DNA from: Chrysomallon squamiferum
Lineage: Eukaryota > Animalia > Mollusca
Assembly (NCBI GenBank): GCA_012295275.1
Contig: CM022671.1
Coordinates: forward strand, 13,268,001-13,332,000
DNA length: 64,000 bases
Direction: 5' to 3'
The position numbers and the translations under genes are program-made. How positions within the stretch are numbered: the stretch's first letter is position 1; each line of letters begins with the position of its first letter. A model generated the notes under the pieces. The model was given only the letters and a program-made list of their open reading frames with translations, was not told the origin of the DNA and did not search any database. Shown here piece after piece: positions 13,145-25,453 of this stretch.

Positions 13145-16100
13145 GTTGATGTTACCTTTCGACCACAAGACTACGTTAGAAAATGTATTCAATAACCGAA
13201 GGTAATCATCGTTTCGGAAAAACCACACCATTTTTTGTCTTTTGTCTTTTTCGTCTATTTTTGGGGAAAACCTAGTTTTCCGTTTAGGATTTTGTATATT
13301 CTCTGTCTTATGTAATTCGAATGGTCTCTGCACATTGACCTTATTCGAGAACGCACTGTCGCAGGATGACAAAGTCCGATTAGGACCTCACAAACTCCTC
13401 AGTTACCGCTGACGAGACCCGAACGACAGGATGTTATCTTCCGACCACAAGACTACGTTAGAGATATTTTTCAATAACTTAAGGTAATCATCGATTACAA
13501 CCAAGCAGCTCGTTCTTTGTCTTCCTTCATGGTTTCCTGTCTTTCGTCTCCTTTTCTGGCATGTACGTGGTTTAGGATTTTCAATATTCTGAGTCATATG
13601 CACGTCCGAATAGACTGCACAGAGAAATCGTTCGGGAAAGAAATGTCGGAGGAAGAAAAAGTCCAATTACGACCACACAAACACCACTCACGATAGCCGA
13701 ACGAGAGGCACAGACACAGAAGACGGACGATCTTACCTTTCGACCACAAGACTACGTTAGAAAATGTATTCAATAACCGAAGGTAATCATCGTTTTGGAA
13801 AAACCACATCATTTTTTTCTCTTTTTCGTCTATTTTGGGGGAAAACCTAGTATTCCGTTTAGGATTTTGAATATTCTCTGTCTTATGTAATTCGAATGGT
13901 CTCTGCACATTGACCTTATTCGAGAACACACTGTCGCAGGATGACAAAGTCCGATTAGGACCTCACAAACTCCTCAGTTACCGCTGACGAGACCCGAACG
14001 ACAGCCACACACTCAGAAGATGCAGGATGTTATCTTCCGACCACAAGACTACGTTAGAGACATTTTTCAATAACTTAAGGTAATCATCGATTACAACCAA
14101 GCAGCTCGTTCTTTGTCTTCCTTCATGGTTTCCTGTCTTTCGTCTCCTTTTCTGGCAAGTACGTGGTTTAGGATTTTCAATATTCTGAGTCATATGCACG
14201 TCCGAATAGACTGCACAGAGAAATCGTTCGGGAAAGAAATGTCGGAGGAAGAAAAAGTCCAATTACGACCACACAAACACGTCAGATACCACTCACGATA
14301 GCCGAACGAGAGGCACAGACACAGAAGACGGACGATCTTACCTTTCGACCACAAGACTACGTTAGAAAATGTATTCAATAACCGAAGGTAATCATCGTTT
14401 CGGTAAAACCACACTATTTTTTGTCTTTTGTCTTTTTCGTCTATTTTGGGGGAAAACCTAGTATTCCGTTTATGATTTTGAATATTCTGTGTCTTATGTA
14501 ATTCGAATGGTCTCTGCACATTGACCGTATTCGAAAACGCACTGTCGCAGGATGACAAAGTCCGATTACGACCTCACAAACTCGTCAGATACCGCTGACG
14601 AGACCCTAATGATAGGCATACACTCAGAAGACGCACAATGTTACCTTTCGACCACAAGACTACGTTAGAAAATTTGTTCAATAACCGAAGTTAATCATCG
14701 TTTCGCAAAAAACAAGCCGTTCTTTGTCTTTCGTCGTTCTTTTGTGTCTTTCGCCTCTTTTGGGGGGAAACCTAGTAATTGCTTTAGGATTTTTAATATT
14801 CTCTCTCTTATGTACATTCGAATGGCCTCTGCACATTGACCTTGTTCAATGTTCGGGGAAACCACACCATTCTTTGTCTTTCGTCATTCTTTTGAGTTGT
14901 TTTTCGTCTATTTTTGGGGAAAACTTAGTAGTTCGGGATTTTTAATTCTCTCTTTACATCCGAATGGTCTCAACCTGATTCTTTGTCCTTTCGTCATTCG
15001 TTTTGACGGAGTTGACCACAAGACTTTTCGTGTATTTAACCGAAGGGGGAAAACACCATTTTTTGTCTTTTTGTGTTTTCGTTATTTTGGGGAAAACCTA
15101 GTATTCCGTTTAGGATTTTGAATATTCTCTGTCTTATGTAATTCGAATGGTCTCTGCACATTGACCTTATTCGAGAACGCACTGTCGCAGGATGACAAAG
15201 TCCGATTACGACCTCACAAACTCGTCAGTTACCGCTGACGAGACCCGAACGACAGCCACACACTCAGAAGATGCAGGATGTTATCTTCCAACCACAAGAC
15301 TACGTTTGAGACATTTTTCAATAACTTAAGGTAATCATCGATTCCAACCAAGCAGCTCGTTCTTTGTCTTCCTTCATGGTTTCCTGTCTTTCGTCTCCTT
15401 TTCTGGCAAGTACGTGGTTTAGGATTTTCAATATTCTGAGTCATATGCATGTCCGAATAGACTGCACAGAGAAATCGTTCGGGAAAGAAATGTCGGAGGA
15501 AGAAAAAGTCCAATCGTCAGTTTCGAAAAAGACACAGAAGACGGACGATCTTACCTTTCGACCACAAGACTACGTTAGAAAATTTATTCAATAACCGAAG
15601 GTAATCATCGTTTCGGAAAAACCACATCATTTTTTCTCTTTTATCTTTTTCGTGTATTTTGGGGGAAAACCTAGTATTCCGTTTAGGATTTTGAATATTC
15701 TCTGTCTTATGTAATTCGAATGGTCTCTGCACATTGACCTTATTCGAGAACGCACTGTCGCAGGGATGACAAAGTACCCGATTCACGACCTCACAAACTC
15801 GTCAGGGACGAGACCCGAACGACAGCCACACACTCAGAAGATGCAGGATGTTATCTTCCAACCACAAGACTACGTTAGAAAATTTATTCAATAACCGAAG
15901 GTAATCATCGTTTCGGAAAAAGCACACCATTCTTTGTCTTTCTTCATTCTTTTCTCTTTCGTCTGTTTTTGGGGGAAACCTAGTACTTCGTTTAGGATTT
16001 TGAATATTCTCTGTCTTATGTAATTCGAATGGTCTCTGCACATTGAACTTATTCGAGTACGCACTGTCGCAGGATGACAAAGTCGGATTACGACCTCACA

Positions 16101-17455
16101 AACTCGTCAGATACCGCTGACGAGACCCTAATGATAGGCATACTCAGAAGACGCACAATGTTACCTTTCGACCACAAGACTACGTTAGACAGTTTGTTCA
16201 ATAACCGAAGGTAATCATCGTTTCGCAAAAAACAAGCCGTTCTTTGTCTTTCGTCGTTCTTTTGTGTCTTTCGCCTCTTTTGGGGAAACCTAGTACTTGC
16301 TTTAGGATTTTTAATATTCTCTCTCTTATGTACATTCGAATGGCCTCTGCACATTGACCTTGTTCAATGTTCGGGGAAACCACACCATTCTTTGTCTTTG
16401 GTCATTCTTTTGAGTTTTTCGTCTATTTTGGGGGAAAATCTGGTACTGGCTAGTACTTCGTTTAGGATTTTTAATATTCTCTCTCTTAAGAACATTCGAA
16501 TGGTCTCAACACATTGACCTTATTCGAGAACGCACTGTCGCAGGATGACAAAGTCCGATTAGGACCTCACAAACTCCTCAGTTACCGCTGATGAGACCCG
16601 AACGACAGCCACACACTCAGAAGACGGATGATGTTACCTTTGGACCACAAGACTACGTTAAATGATTTACTCAATCAGCAGAAGATAATCGTCGCCTACC
16701 ACAAAGCACGCCATTCTTTGTCTTTTTTCATGATTTCATGTCTTTTGTCTCTTTTTCTGGCAAGTACGTGGTTTAGGATTTTCAATATTCTGTGTCTTAT
16801 GTACGTCGGAGTAGACTGCACAGAGAAATTGTTCGGGAAAGGACTGTCGCAGGAAGACAAAGTCCAATTACGACCTCACAATCTCGTCAGATACCGCTGA
16901 CGAGACCCGAACGAAAGGCACACCCTCAGAAGACGGATGATGTTACCTTTCGACCACAAGACTACGTTAGAAAATTTGTTCAATAACCGAAGGTAATCAA
17001 TCATCCTTTCATAAAAACGACGCCGTTCTTTGTCTTTCGTCATTGTTTTGGGTCTTTAGTCTATTATAGGGGGAAACCTGGTACTGGTTAGTATGTGGTT
17101 TAGGATTTTCAATATTCTCTGTCTTACGTACGTTCGAATGGATTCTGCACATAGACATTATTCGAGAACGCACTGTCGCACGATGACAAATTCCAATTAC
17201 GACCTGAGATACTTGCCAGATGCAGCTGACGAGACTCGGACGAAAGGCACACAATCAGAAGACGGACGATGTTACCTTTCAGCGACAAGACTACATTAGA
17301 AAATTTGCTCAATAACCGAAGGTAATCATCGTTTTCCACCAAGCACGCCGTTCTTTATCTTTCTTCATGCTTTCGTGTGTTTCGTCTATTTTTTGTGCCA
17401 ATATGTGGTTTAGGATTTTGAATATTCTCCGTCTTATGTACATCCGAATCGATTG
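13145..17455. repeat. ~300-bp tandem satellite (~14-16 monomers, A/B/C variants, increasingly divergent distally)
   Basis: The anchor (G/A)ACCACAAGAC recurs at ~13161, 13443, 13742, 14039, 14347, 14650, 15014, 15290, 15560, 15860, 16170, 16643 and 16952, with a degenerate copy at ~17283. Spacing is mostly 270-310 bp. Confidence 0.96.
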
Positions 17456-18044
17456 TGTATATAGATGTTATACAGTTGTATATTTTATTCAGATATCTAT
17501 TGTTTCACAATGGAATGTCACCATGCAGAATGATTTACAGGTACCAAGGTGACAAACAACAGCCATATATTAAAAATAATATGTTCAAACATGTACTCAA
17601 TTTTAATATAAAATAAATAAATAAAATAAGTAAGTAAATATATAAGTAAATATATAAATAAATAAATAAAACTAAAATTAGTACAAAAAATTAAAATAGT
17701 ATAATAAATATTATAAAAAATGTCAACATAATAGCAGAAAGACTGTGACCCAATATAAATTATGTTTAAAAAATATAAATCTATTTGTCTAAAATAATAA
17801 ATAAATAAATAAGAAAATGGTATGAATGAAATTTGAACTAAGCACTGAAGCTTACAGCAAAATAAACACATTTTATGTGTACAGTAATGATTAGCAATAA
17901 AAAAATATACTATTTATAAAGATATACATTTAAAAGATATATTTTCAATTAAAGAAATAAAACAAATTTAGCAAAAAGCTAACGATAAAAACTATTATCA
18001 TAAATGTAGAGAGAAAAAAAAAAAAAAAAAGATAAAAAAACAAA

Positions 18045-18236
18045 CAGAACAGAAACAAAAACAACAAACTAATACTGTGTAAAATATTTTTGAATAAACT
18101 AATATCACCCATATAAAGAAAACTTTTTTCTTTTCTTTTTTAATTTTAAATATAAAATTTAAAAAATAATATAAACATAGTTATTTGTTTCATGGCATTA
18201 ATAATGCAAAAGTAATAACATGTTTAATAAATCAAT
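18045..18236 (+). repeat. ~190-bp AT-rich direct repeat, copy 1
   Basis: AACAAACTAATACTGTGTAAAATATTTTTGAA...TAAAGAAAACTTTTTT...TTGTTTCATGGCATTAAT...GCAAAAGTAATAA aligns with 20300-20488. Confidence 0.85.
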
Positions 18237-19079
18237 CTTTAATAAAATAATTAAAATGTAATAATACATAAATGTGTTCAACATACTTTAAATTCTAAAC
18301 AATTTTAGGGAAAATAACAAAAAAATCTTCAACTAACAATTCTTATGACAATAATAAACAAACCTGTAACACAAATTTTCATTACCTATGCAATAGCAAA
18401 ATAATTAAACTTGCCTGTCATGAGCACATTTTCTAACCAATGTCAGATAGTGCAACTGTCACAATAGAGAGTTGAATTATGATTGTCAAGTTAACACTTT
18501 CTGACCTACATCAGACAGTAAAGTGTTGAAGTAGGTTTGTCATGGTTACTTCTGATCTATGCCAGTGACAGATGACATTCCATTCAAGTCTGGCTGGCCA
18601 CAGTGGAATACTTGACTGTGTACAGCAACCAATGTTTTTAGTGACATTGATTTAAACAAGTGAATTAAGTTTGATTTATTAACTGTGAGAAGATAAGTTA
18701 TTAAAATAATTACAAGAATTTTGTCATTTTTATAAATAAAAGAAAAATATGAATATTATGGCTGATAAATTTTACCTCTATATTGATAGCAAAATTTTAC
18801 AATTTGTAAAAAATAAAAGGAAAAACACCCTAAAAAACAAAACATTATAAAATAAAATAAAAGTGTTTACAATACTATAATAATAGTAAAATGGGATAAA
18901 AAAAAGAGAAGACTTTTGTAAGTGGAGCAAATCTTCTTTTTTTATTATTATTATTGTTTACAGCTGTATTACTTTTTCTTTTTCTTTTCATTTTGTGTAA
19001 ATTTATACTAATAATGACCATGTTTTTACAGTGGCTATTCATAATGCAATAGATCTGTTAAGTGTTACTTACTACAGAA

Positions 19080-19083
<4 letters not shown>

Positions 19084-19115
<32 letters not shown>
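19084..19115 (+). repeat. (TG)n microsatellite
   Basis: Perfect TG run read directly from the sequence. Confidence 0.95.
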
Positions 19116-19118
<3 letters not shown>

Positions 19119-19509
19119 ATCTGTGTACTTTGACAGTTAGTAATTAAGAATTTCCTAAAGAAAACAAAATTACATTTTTCGTAAATTATATTTTTAGTTA
19201 ACTTAATAAATAAATAAATAAATAAATAAATAAATGATGATAATAATAATACAATGACAATAAAAAACAGATGAGGCATTTTCCACAAATTTCTATATTT
19301 GATTAATTTTTCCATGAAAAAGACTTTTAAAGAACAAAAATGAGAATGATTCAAAAGAATTTCAGTTATAACAGTGTTTCTATGGAAATTAAAAGGTTAC
19401 AGAAATATGAAAAAAAAGCAACAAAAAAAAAACAGAAATTAAATTTACACAGATTAGATTTCAGTTCTGGCAATCAGCTCGGAGAAGATATTCTGAATTA
19501 CCAGGACAG

Positions 19510-20036
19510 ACAAAAGGAAATTTGGAAAATATTAAATTCTGGCTATGTTGATAAAACTGATTTCGATATAATTTTGAATTATTTCATTATAGAGTTGCAG
19601 TGAGAGAAAACCTGTATGATTGGAGGATTGTGCCCTCTCCATTATGTCTTGCATGTAGCGAAGTGGACTTAGTCTTGCATGCGTTTTTCTGTTGTCCAAA
19701 AACTAAACATTTTATTAAGAATGTTGAATATATTTTTAAAACACTTTTTGGTAATGCTTTTAAACTGAATCCCTGCAAAGTTATTTTTGGAATAAAGCAT
19801 CGAGTCAGCAATAATGCACTGAACTGAGGAATTTTTCTCTGCAGTAAAGTAATAAAAACTATTTGGTCTTCCAGAAAATGTTTAAAAGACAATAAGCTGT
19901 GCAATGAAATGACACTTTTTGAACATTACGTAAACACATGACTGAAAACAGAATATCTTGCTGCAATTGAGCAGCCATGTAGAAGAGAAACATTTCTAAA
20001 TTACTGGTGTTTTGAGGAAGTTCAACACAGATTATA
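19510..20036 (+). mobile_element. Decayed 3' fragment of an L1/Tx1-clade non-LTR retrotransposon ORF2 (C-terminal CCHC/zf-RVT-like region)
   Basis: Translation across one frameshift and two stops gives EIWKILNSGYVDKTDFDII/..HYRVAVRENLYDWRIVPSPLCLACSEVDLVLHAFFCC...VIFG...KTIWSSR. The C-x2-C-x7-H-x4-C knuckle followed by the IWxxR motif is typical of L1/Tx1 ORF2 ends. Confidence 0.75.
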
Positions 20037-20299
20037 AGAGCTAATTGTTTATTTTATGGGCCTACCTGATGTAGGTTTAGTCATTTACTTTCTGTATCTT
20101 TAGCCTCACTTTGCAATGTTAAACTCTCCATCCTTTACACTCTGTTGCATATAGTTCTATTCTTAGATCTATACCAGTGTCCAAAAATGTAAAATGTAGA
20201 AAACCAGGCCTGGTCTTCCTAATAAAAAGTATTATCATAAAAATAGACATAAAAAAATAAATAAATAAATAAATAAATAAATTTAAAAAAAAGAAGAAA

Positions 20300-20488
20300 A
20301 AACAGAAACAAAAACAACAACAAACTAATACTGTGTAAAATATTTTTGAACTAATAACAACCACATAAAGAAAACTTTTTTTCTTTTTTTCAATTTTAAA
20401 TATAAAATTTTAAAAATAATTTAAACGTTATTGTTACTTGTTTCATGGCATTAATTAAGCAAAAGTAATAATATGTTTAATGAATCAA
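20300..20488 (+). repeat. ~190-bp AT-rich direct repeat, copy 2
   Basis: Aligns with 18045-18236 (shared AACAAACTAATACTGTGTAAAATATTTTTGAA and TTGTTTCATGGCATTAAT). Confidence 0.85.
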
Positions 20489-20659
20489 GGAAACAGGTTT
20501 CTCATACCCGGTAATATTATTAAATTTTTAATACACAATGTTACATTAGATGCACAACACAATTTGTATATATAGGTAGGCTTATAAATAAATGGGGCAC
20601 CTTTTTTAAGCATTGCATGGTGAAAAAAAAAAAAAAAAAAAAAGCCTCACAAAAATGAA

Positions 20660-21165
20660 CATTCTGTTCTAGGCAAACAACATGAGGCAGTTACTCTGAA
20701 TTCCCAGGACAGTAAGTTAATAACAGAAGAAGTTTTATATGAAAAATCAACAAGGTGATACAAATATTCAAGAATAACCTATAACGGATGAAGCTGAGAC
20801 ATTCTATTAACATATAGTTATGGACAAATAGCACAGGAATTCCCAGGATAGCTAGGTAAACAAAAGATTGGTTTAGTGGAATCTACAAGAATTCACAAAT
20901 ATAGAAGAATTGTCTGTAACTAATATAAGTGAAAGTTATTCCCATTAACTTTCAGTTCTAGGCAAACAGTTCCGGGCAGTTATTTTGAATTCACAGGACA
21001 GCGAGTTAAATCTGAAGAATGTTTCTATGGGTTTCCATAGAAACATTCTTCAGATTTAGCAGGTGACACAAATATGAAAATCCTCTCTAAAGTAGGTTGT
21101 TCACTGTACCTTTCAGCTCTTTCAAACAATGAAAAGATATTCTGAATTCCTTGGACAGGTTATAA
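20660..21165 (+). repeat. Degenerate ~140-160-bp tandem repeat (about 4 units; a related unit lies at ~19340-19510)
   Basis: A GAATTCCCAGGACAG-like anchor occurs at 20698, 20837, 20987 and 21144, and also at 19495. Several copies are preceded by TTCWGTTCTAGGCAAACA-like sequence. Confidence 0.7.
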
Positions 21166-21549
21166 TAAAAGAATGTGAAAGTTAAATTATAATTATAGTA
21201 ATGACGTTTCACTGTTGACCAGTTCTGAGAGGAAAAAAAAAAATATATATATATATATATAAATTAAAGAATAATAAAAAAAAATTGATTATCCTAAATT
21301 ACCTGCACTGCAAATTAAAAAAAAATGTTTCTGTAAAAGGTAAAACCAGAACTTTCTGAAATAACTGAGAACAACCATCTGATAGTAAAGCAATACATTT
21401 TTCACTTTAATACCATTTATTGCAAATTGTTTTACAGCAAAACACTAAGTTAATTCGTTTATTTCAGAACGTATTAATATTATAATTTTTATACAGTAGA
21501 AATCAGAACACAGAAGAAAACTATGCATCCTTCAAATTATTAAAAATAG

Positions 21550-22300
21550 AAACAATCATTTTAAACAGAGTAGATCTTTTTAGCTGAACATACAATATAT
21601 GGCGGTTTGGCCTGGATACCGGGATAGGAAACCGAATTTACAGCAATTTCGCTACGCACGTGCTATTCATAGTATGTATACCTTACTATACGCTGAAAAT
21701 AGGAACACTGAAGAAAAAGTCAATAAAATATAAACAACATAAATATAAACGAAGCTAGACCTTTCTAGACGTACAATTTATGGCGATTTCGCCAACACGT
21801 GCTACTTTCAAATGCGGAGCTGTTCTACGCCAAAGAATTTAAGACGGCACACCATAGTGTCGCACATTGTTTGAAAGGTAATTGAATAACTTCAAAAACA
21901 TGCTTCCTACATGTTATTTTAAAAACAACATAGAAATATAATCATTTTAAATAGCAGGAGGTCTTTAGCTGCAGGTGAAAGATATGGCGATATGGCTACA
22001 CACGTGGTATTCATATTTTACTTCTACCGTACTATAGGCTAAAAGAAGGAACACTGAAGAAAGGTAAGTTTTTAAAAATATAAACATTAAAAACAACATA
22101 AATAGAATCTTTTTAAACAGCGCCAGTGTTTTCTAGTTGTAATAAAATTTACGGCGATTTGGCCCGCTATAAATCGTAATTTATAGCGATTTCGCTACGC
22201 ACGTACTGCTTTCAAATGCGGAGCTGTTCTACGCCGAAGATGACACACCGTGGTATCGCACACTGTTTGAAACTATGAAATTGAAAGGTAATTAAATGAG
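21550..22300 (+). repeat. Degenerate ~180-200-bp tandem repeat with A-B-A-B organisation
   Basis: ATGGCG(A/G)TTT(C/G)GC...ACGTG motifs recur. CTTTCAAATGCGGAGCTGTTCTACGCC occurs at ~21805 and ~22209, and AGGAACACTGAAGAAA at ~21701 and ~22047. Confidence 0.7.
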
Positions 22301-24494
22301 CTTTAATTTGATTATGAGTTTCTTACTTCGTAGGCGTTATTTTAAAAATAAGCCAGTTTTTGAGTTAGTTAGTTGTTGTTTTTTTAAATTGGTTCGAAGT
22401 CAAGCAATATACTTTTGATATAAAATTACATGCCATTGGCATTGCTAGCGACAACATGCACATTTTTAGAAATATCGAACTTTGACCTTCCTTGGAGCGA
22501 CTTTCGCTTGGTTAAGCCAAGGCGTTTTTCGGAGCGACCTCACTTCAGTGATGTTTACAACGGGCGGCGCAGTTCGTTTAGCCCCAGCACGTTTAACACT
22601 CTCGTACAAACTACTGATTTAACTAACAAAAATAACATAACCATTTAAAAGAGCGCATAATAATATGTATTTCCGTATATTTCTTTTTCATATTTTATAT
22701 TGTAGATGGGATATGGGATGGAGAAAAATGGACAAAATCTGCCCTTTTAATAGCTTTGTCCAATAATGTTTATTAGGCTGCTGTTACCTTAATTAATAAC
22801 TTCTTTTTAATTTTTAAATATAATCAATAGCACAGACTGGCATCTGTCTTCACTGAAATTTTCACAAGAATGCTTGATTATTAACAAAGATAGAGGGGAA
22901 AATGTTAAAATATAGCTATTTTCGGTCACAAACCTCTATTGACTTAGTGTTTAAATGGACGAAAATAAGTGCTTATTAGGGGGTTTGAAATTTCTGATAC
23001 TTCCTTAATTTTTTAACATTCACTTGATTTTGGTGTCATTTTAACGGGGTTTAAAGCGCTACCCATCTGTTATTATATTCAGATTTGTGGGGTTTAACAA
23101 TTTTGTCCACTAACCGACATTTATACTAATGAATTTCATTTATATTTAACAGTTTAAATTTGCTAGTACTGCATATTTCGCTATTATTCTTTGCCACAAT
23201 TTTTCTTGTCACAATATTGTATTAGTTTTCAGTTTAGTAATTCACTGTACATACAGTCTAAAGAACACGCTTGACAGGTCAGTTTATAACATCTATATAC
23301 CACTTTTTTGTATCAACAAAGGCGACGAAAGACTTATTAACAGTGCAATGTATTGTTTTTCATGGTGTGGTTATATGGGATGAAAAAACACTTTCATACA
23401 ACATTCGTGTTATTGCTTTAAACAATACATAGAAATAAAAAGAAAATTTCAAAATTTGTAACTATCAGGGAACAATCACGGTAACATCGTCAGACACAAA
23501 AAGCATGGACCAACAGGAACAATAACTCGTTACCGCACAAAGTGCGTCTGCTCAAAAAATGGCTCCAGATTTCTCCAGTTTAATGGGTACAAGCAACGCC
23601 TGAATGTTTGTGATGGAACCTCATTAGTGCCTCTGCCAGACTGGTTTTTAATTGTAATTTGGTTTTCTTTGTAGTGAATTATAGAATATTCACACAATCT
23701 TTACTTTCATATGTCCATGTAAAGCAGAATGTCTGCTACCTGTTATTTTAAATAACTTATTATGTTACGGTAATATTTATTTAGCTATCTTGTATAATAA
23801 TGTTTATATTTTTACAGTTCTTAACTTTATCTAATTAATGACAGAAAATGGGGTAAATACACAAAAACTAAATAGCAGAGCCGCGCGTATGCAGACGTAT
23901 ATGGGCTATTTAAAAGCTGTTTTATATAATTAGGGGAAGTTTCATTATTTAATAAACTAAGAAACACTGGGGTTTAACAAACTCAAAAGTGGCATTAAAC
24001 GCAAAGTAAAGTCCGAAAGGCTATCTGCAGAGGTTTAGATTGAACACCCGAGCGATTGGTATATGCGTAGCGGCACGCGTTTTGAACGAGATCTCTTTGA
24101 TCTGTGCCCTTCTTGAAAGTCTGTGTGGGCCGTCTGCACAAGACAAAGGAAATAAAATATGTTATTTAATCAATGCCTCGTGTACATAGGCGTCCATTAT
24201 AGAAATTATTGTAAAGGTTGGAATTTTTTTTTTTGTTATCCGACTTCAAACCACCTGTACCCGTTTCGCCCTTATTTTTTAAATATTATTGAGACGTCGC
24301 CAGTAAACAAACCCAAATAAAATAAAATAATTAAAAAAGAAGTCATAAACCAAAATGAAAATTTTCAGACACTGGCTCCATGAACACTATTCAGTATTCT
24401 CATTAAGTAACGTGAACACGTTACTGTGCCTAAACTCCATAGCGGACAGTTCTGAGTACGTTGTTGTAAAACAATACTTGAAACCATTTATAAT

Positions 24495-24525
<31 letters not shown>

Positions 24526-25364
24526 TTTCCATTTTCAATGTATTAGAGGTCATATTTACGTGTAAAATGCCCTGATACATTCATCATAGTTCTTGATAGG
24601 TTTTTGGATAATTTTATTTTATTTTATTTTATTTTTTTTTTTATAGTTAAAGGTCTGTCAATCGATCGTAGAAAAAAAATTAGTTACAAATTAATTTTTC
24701 ACTCTTTCTCGTTAAAACAAAAAACATTTATCTTCTAAAACTTGTACTATTATGTATGCAAATAATGAGTTATTTATTTCAATTTTTAAATTGGTCCATG
24801 TTTTTAAAACATAGAAATATCACCTACCAATACTGTCACACTGCCAATCAGGCTAATCCTATGAGAACTTAAAATAAACTAACAACTCTGTTCATCGCTG
24901 CAATCTTTTCCACGAGTTTCACGTGCATCCGTCAGAATTAGATCGCCATTGACGAGTGAATGTGAAATTCGTGAAAAGTTTGCGTACTGGTGGATATTTA
25001 ACGCTTTAGTGATTTATGGGTTGTTGTTTTTTGTTGTATTTATTTTCTTTATGTTTTTCAATTGAATGTCTGTTGTTTTGGGTTTTTAATTTATTTTGTA
25101 GTAAACAAAAAATTCATTCGCACATATACATTTACATATAATAAGCATACACCTAAGTAGAATAAAAAGAGGACAAATAATAATAATAAAAAATCATCAT
25201 CATCATCATTATGATCATCATACCCGTCTTGAATTTATATTTGCAAGATGGTTCCTTTCCAACATCTTATTTATTCGTTAGGATTTTTGCCTTCTATTAA
25301 TTATTTCCACATAAGAATGGGGGGGGGGAATGAAAAAAGATGATTATTGTTGTTGTTAATATTT

Positions 25365-25368
25365 AATG

Positions 25369-25452
<84 letters not shown>
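25365..25452 (+). repeat. (TTTA)n/(TTA)n microsatellite
   Basis: Read directly from the sequence. Confidence 0.9.

Positions 25453-25453
<1 letters not shown>

Noticed and set aside
14930-15080. Novel insertion in satellite 2
   Set aside because: Composed of garbled fragments of the same monomer; probably low-quality consensus.
13127-17552. Repeated 60-120-aa ORFs as a tandem gene family
   Set aside because: They are translations of the 300-bp satellite on both strands; indels between copies break frames and no domain is recognisable.
17518-20364. Phe/Ile/Tyr-rich membrane-protein-like ORFs (17518-17871, 19058-19354, 20119-20364)
   Set aside because: They arise from (TAAA)n and poly-A tracts in extremely AT-rich DNA.
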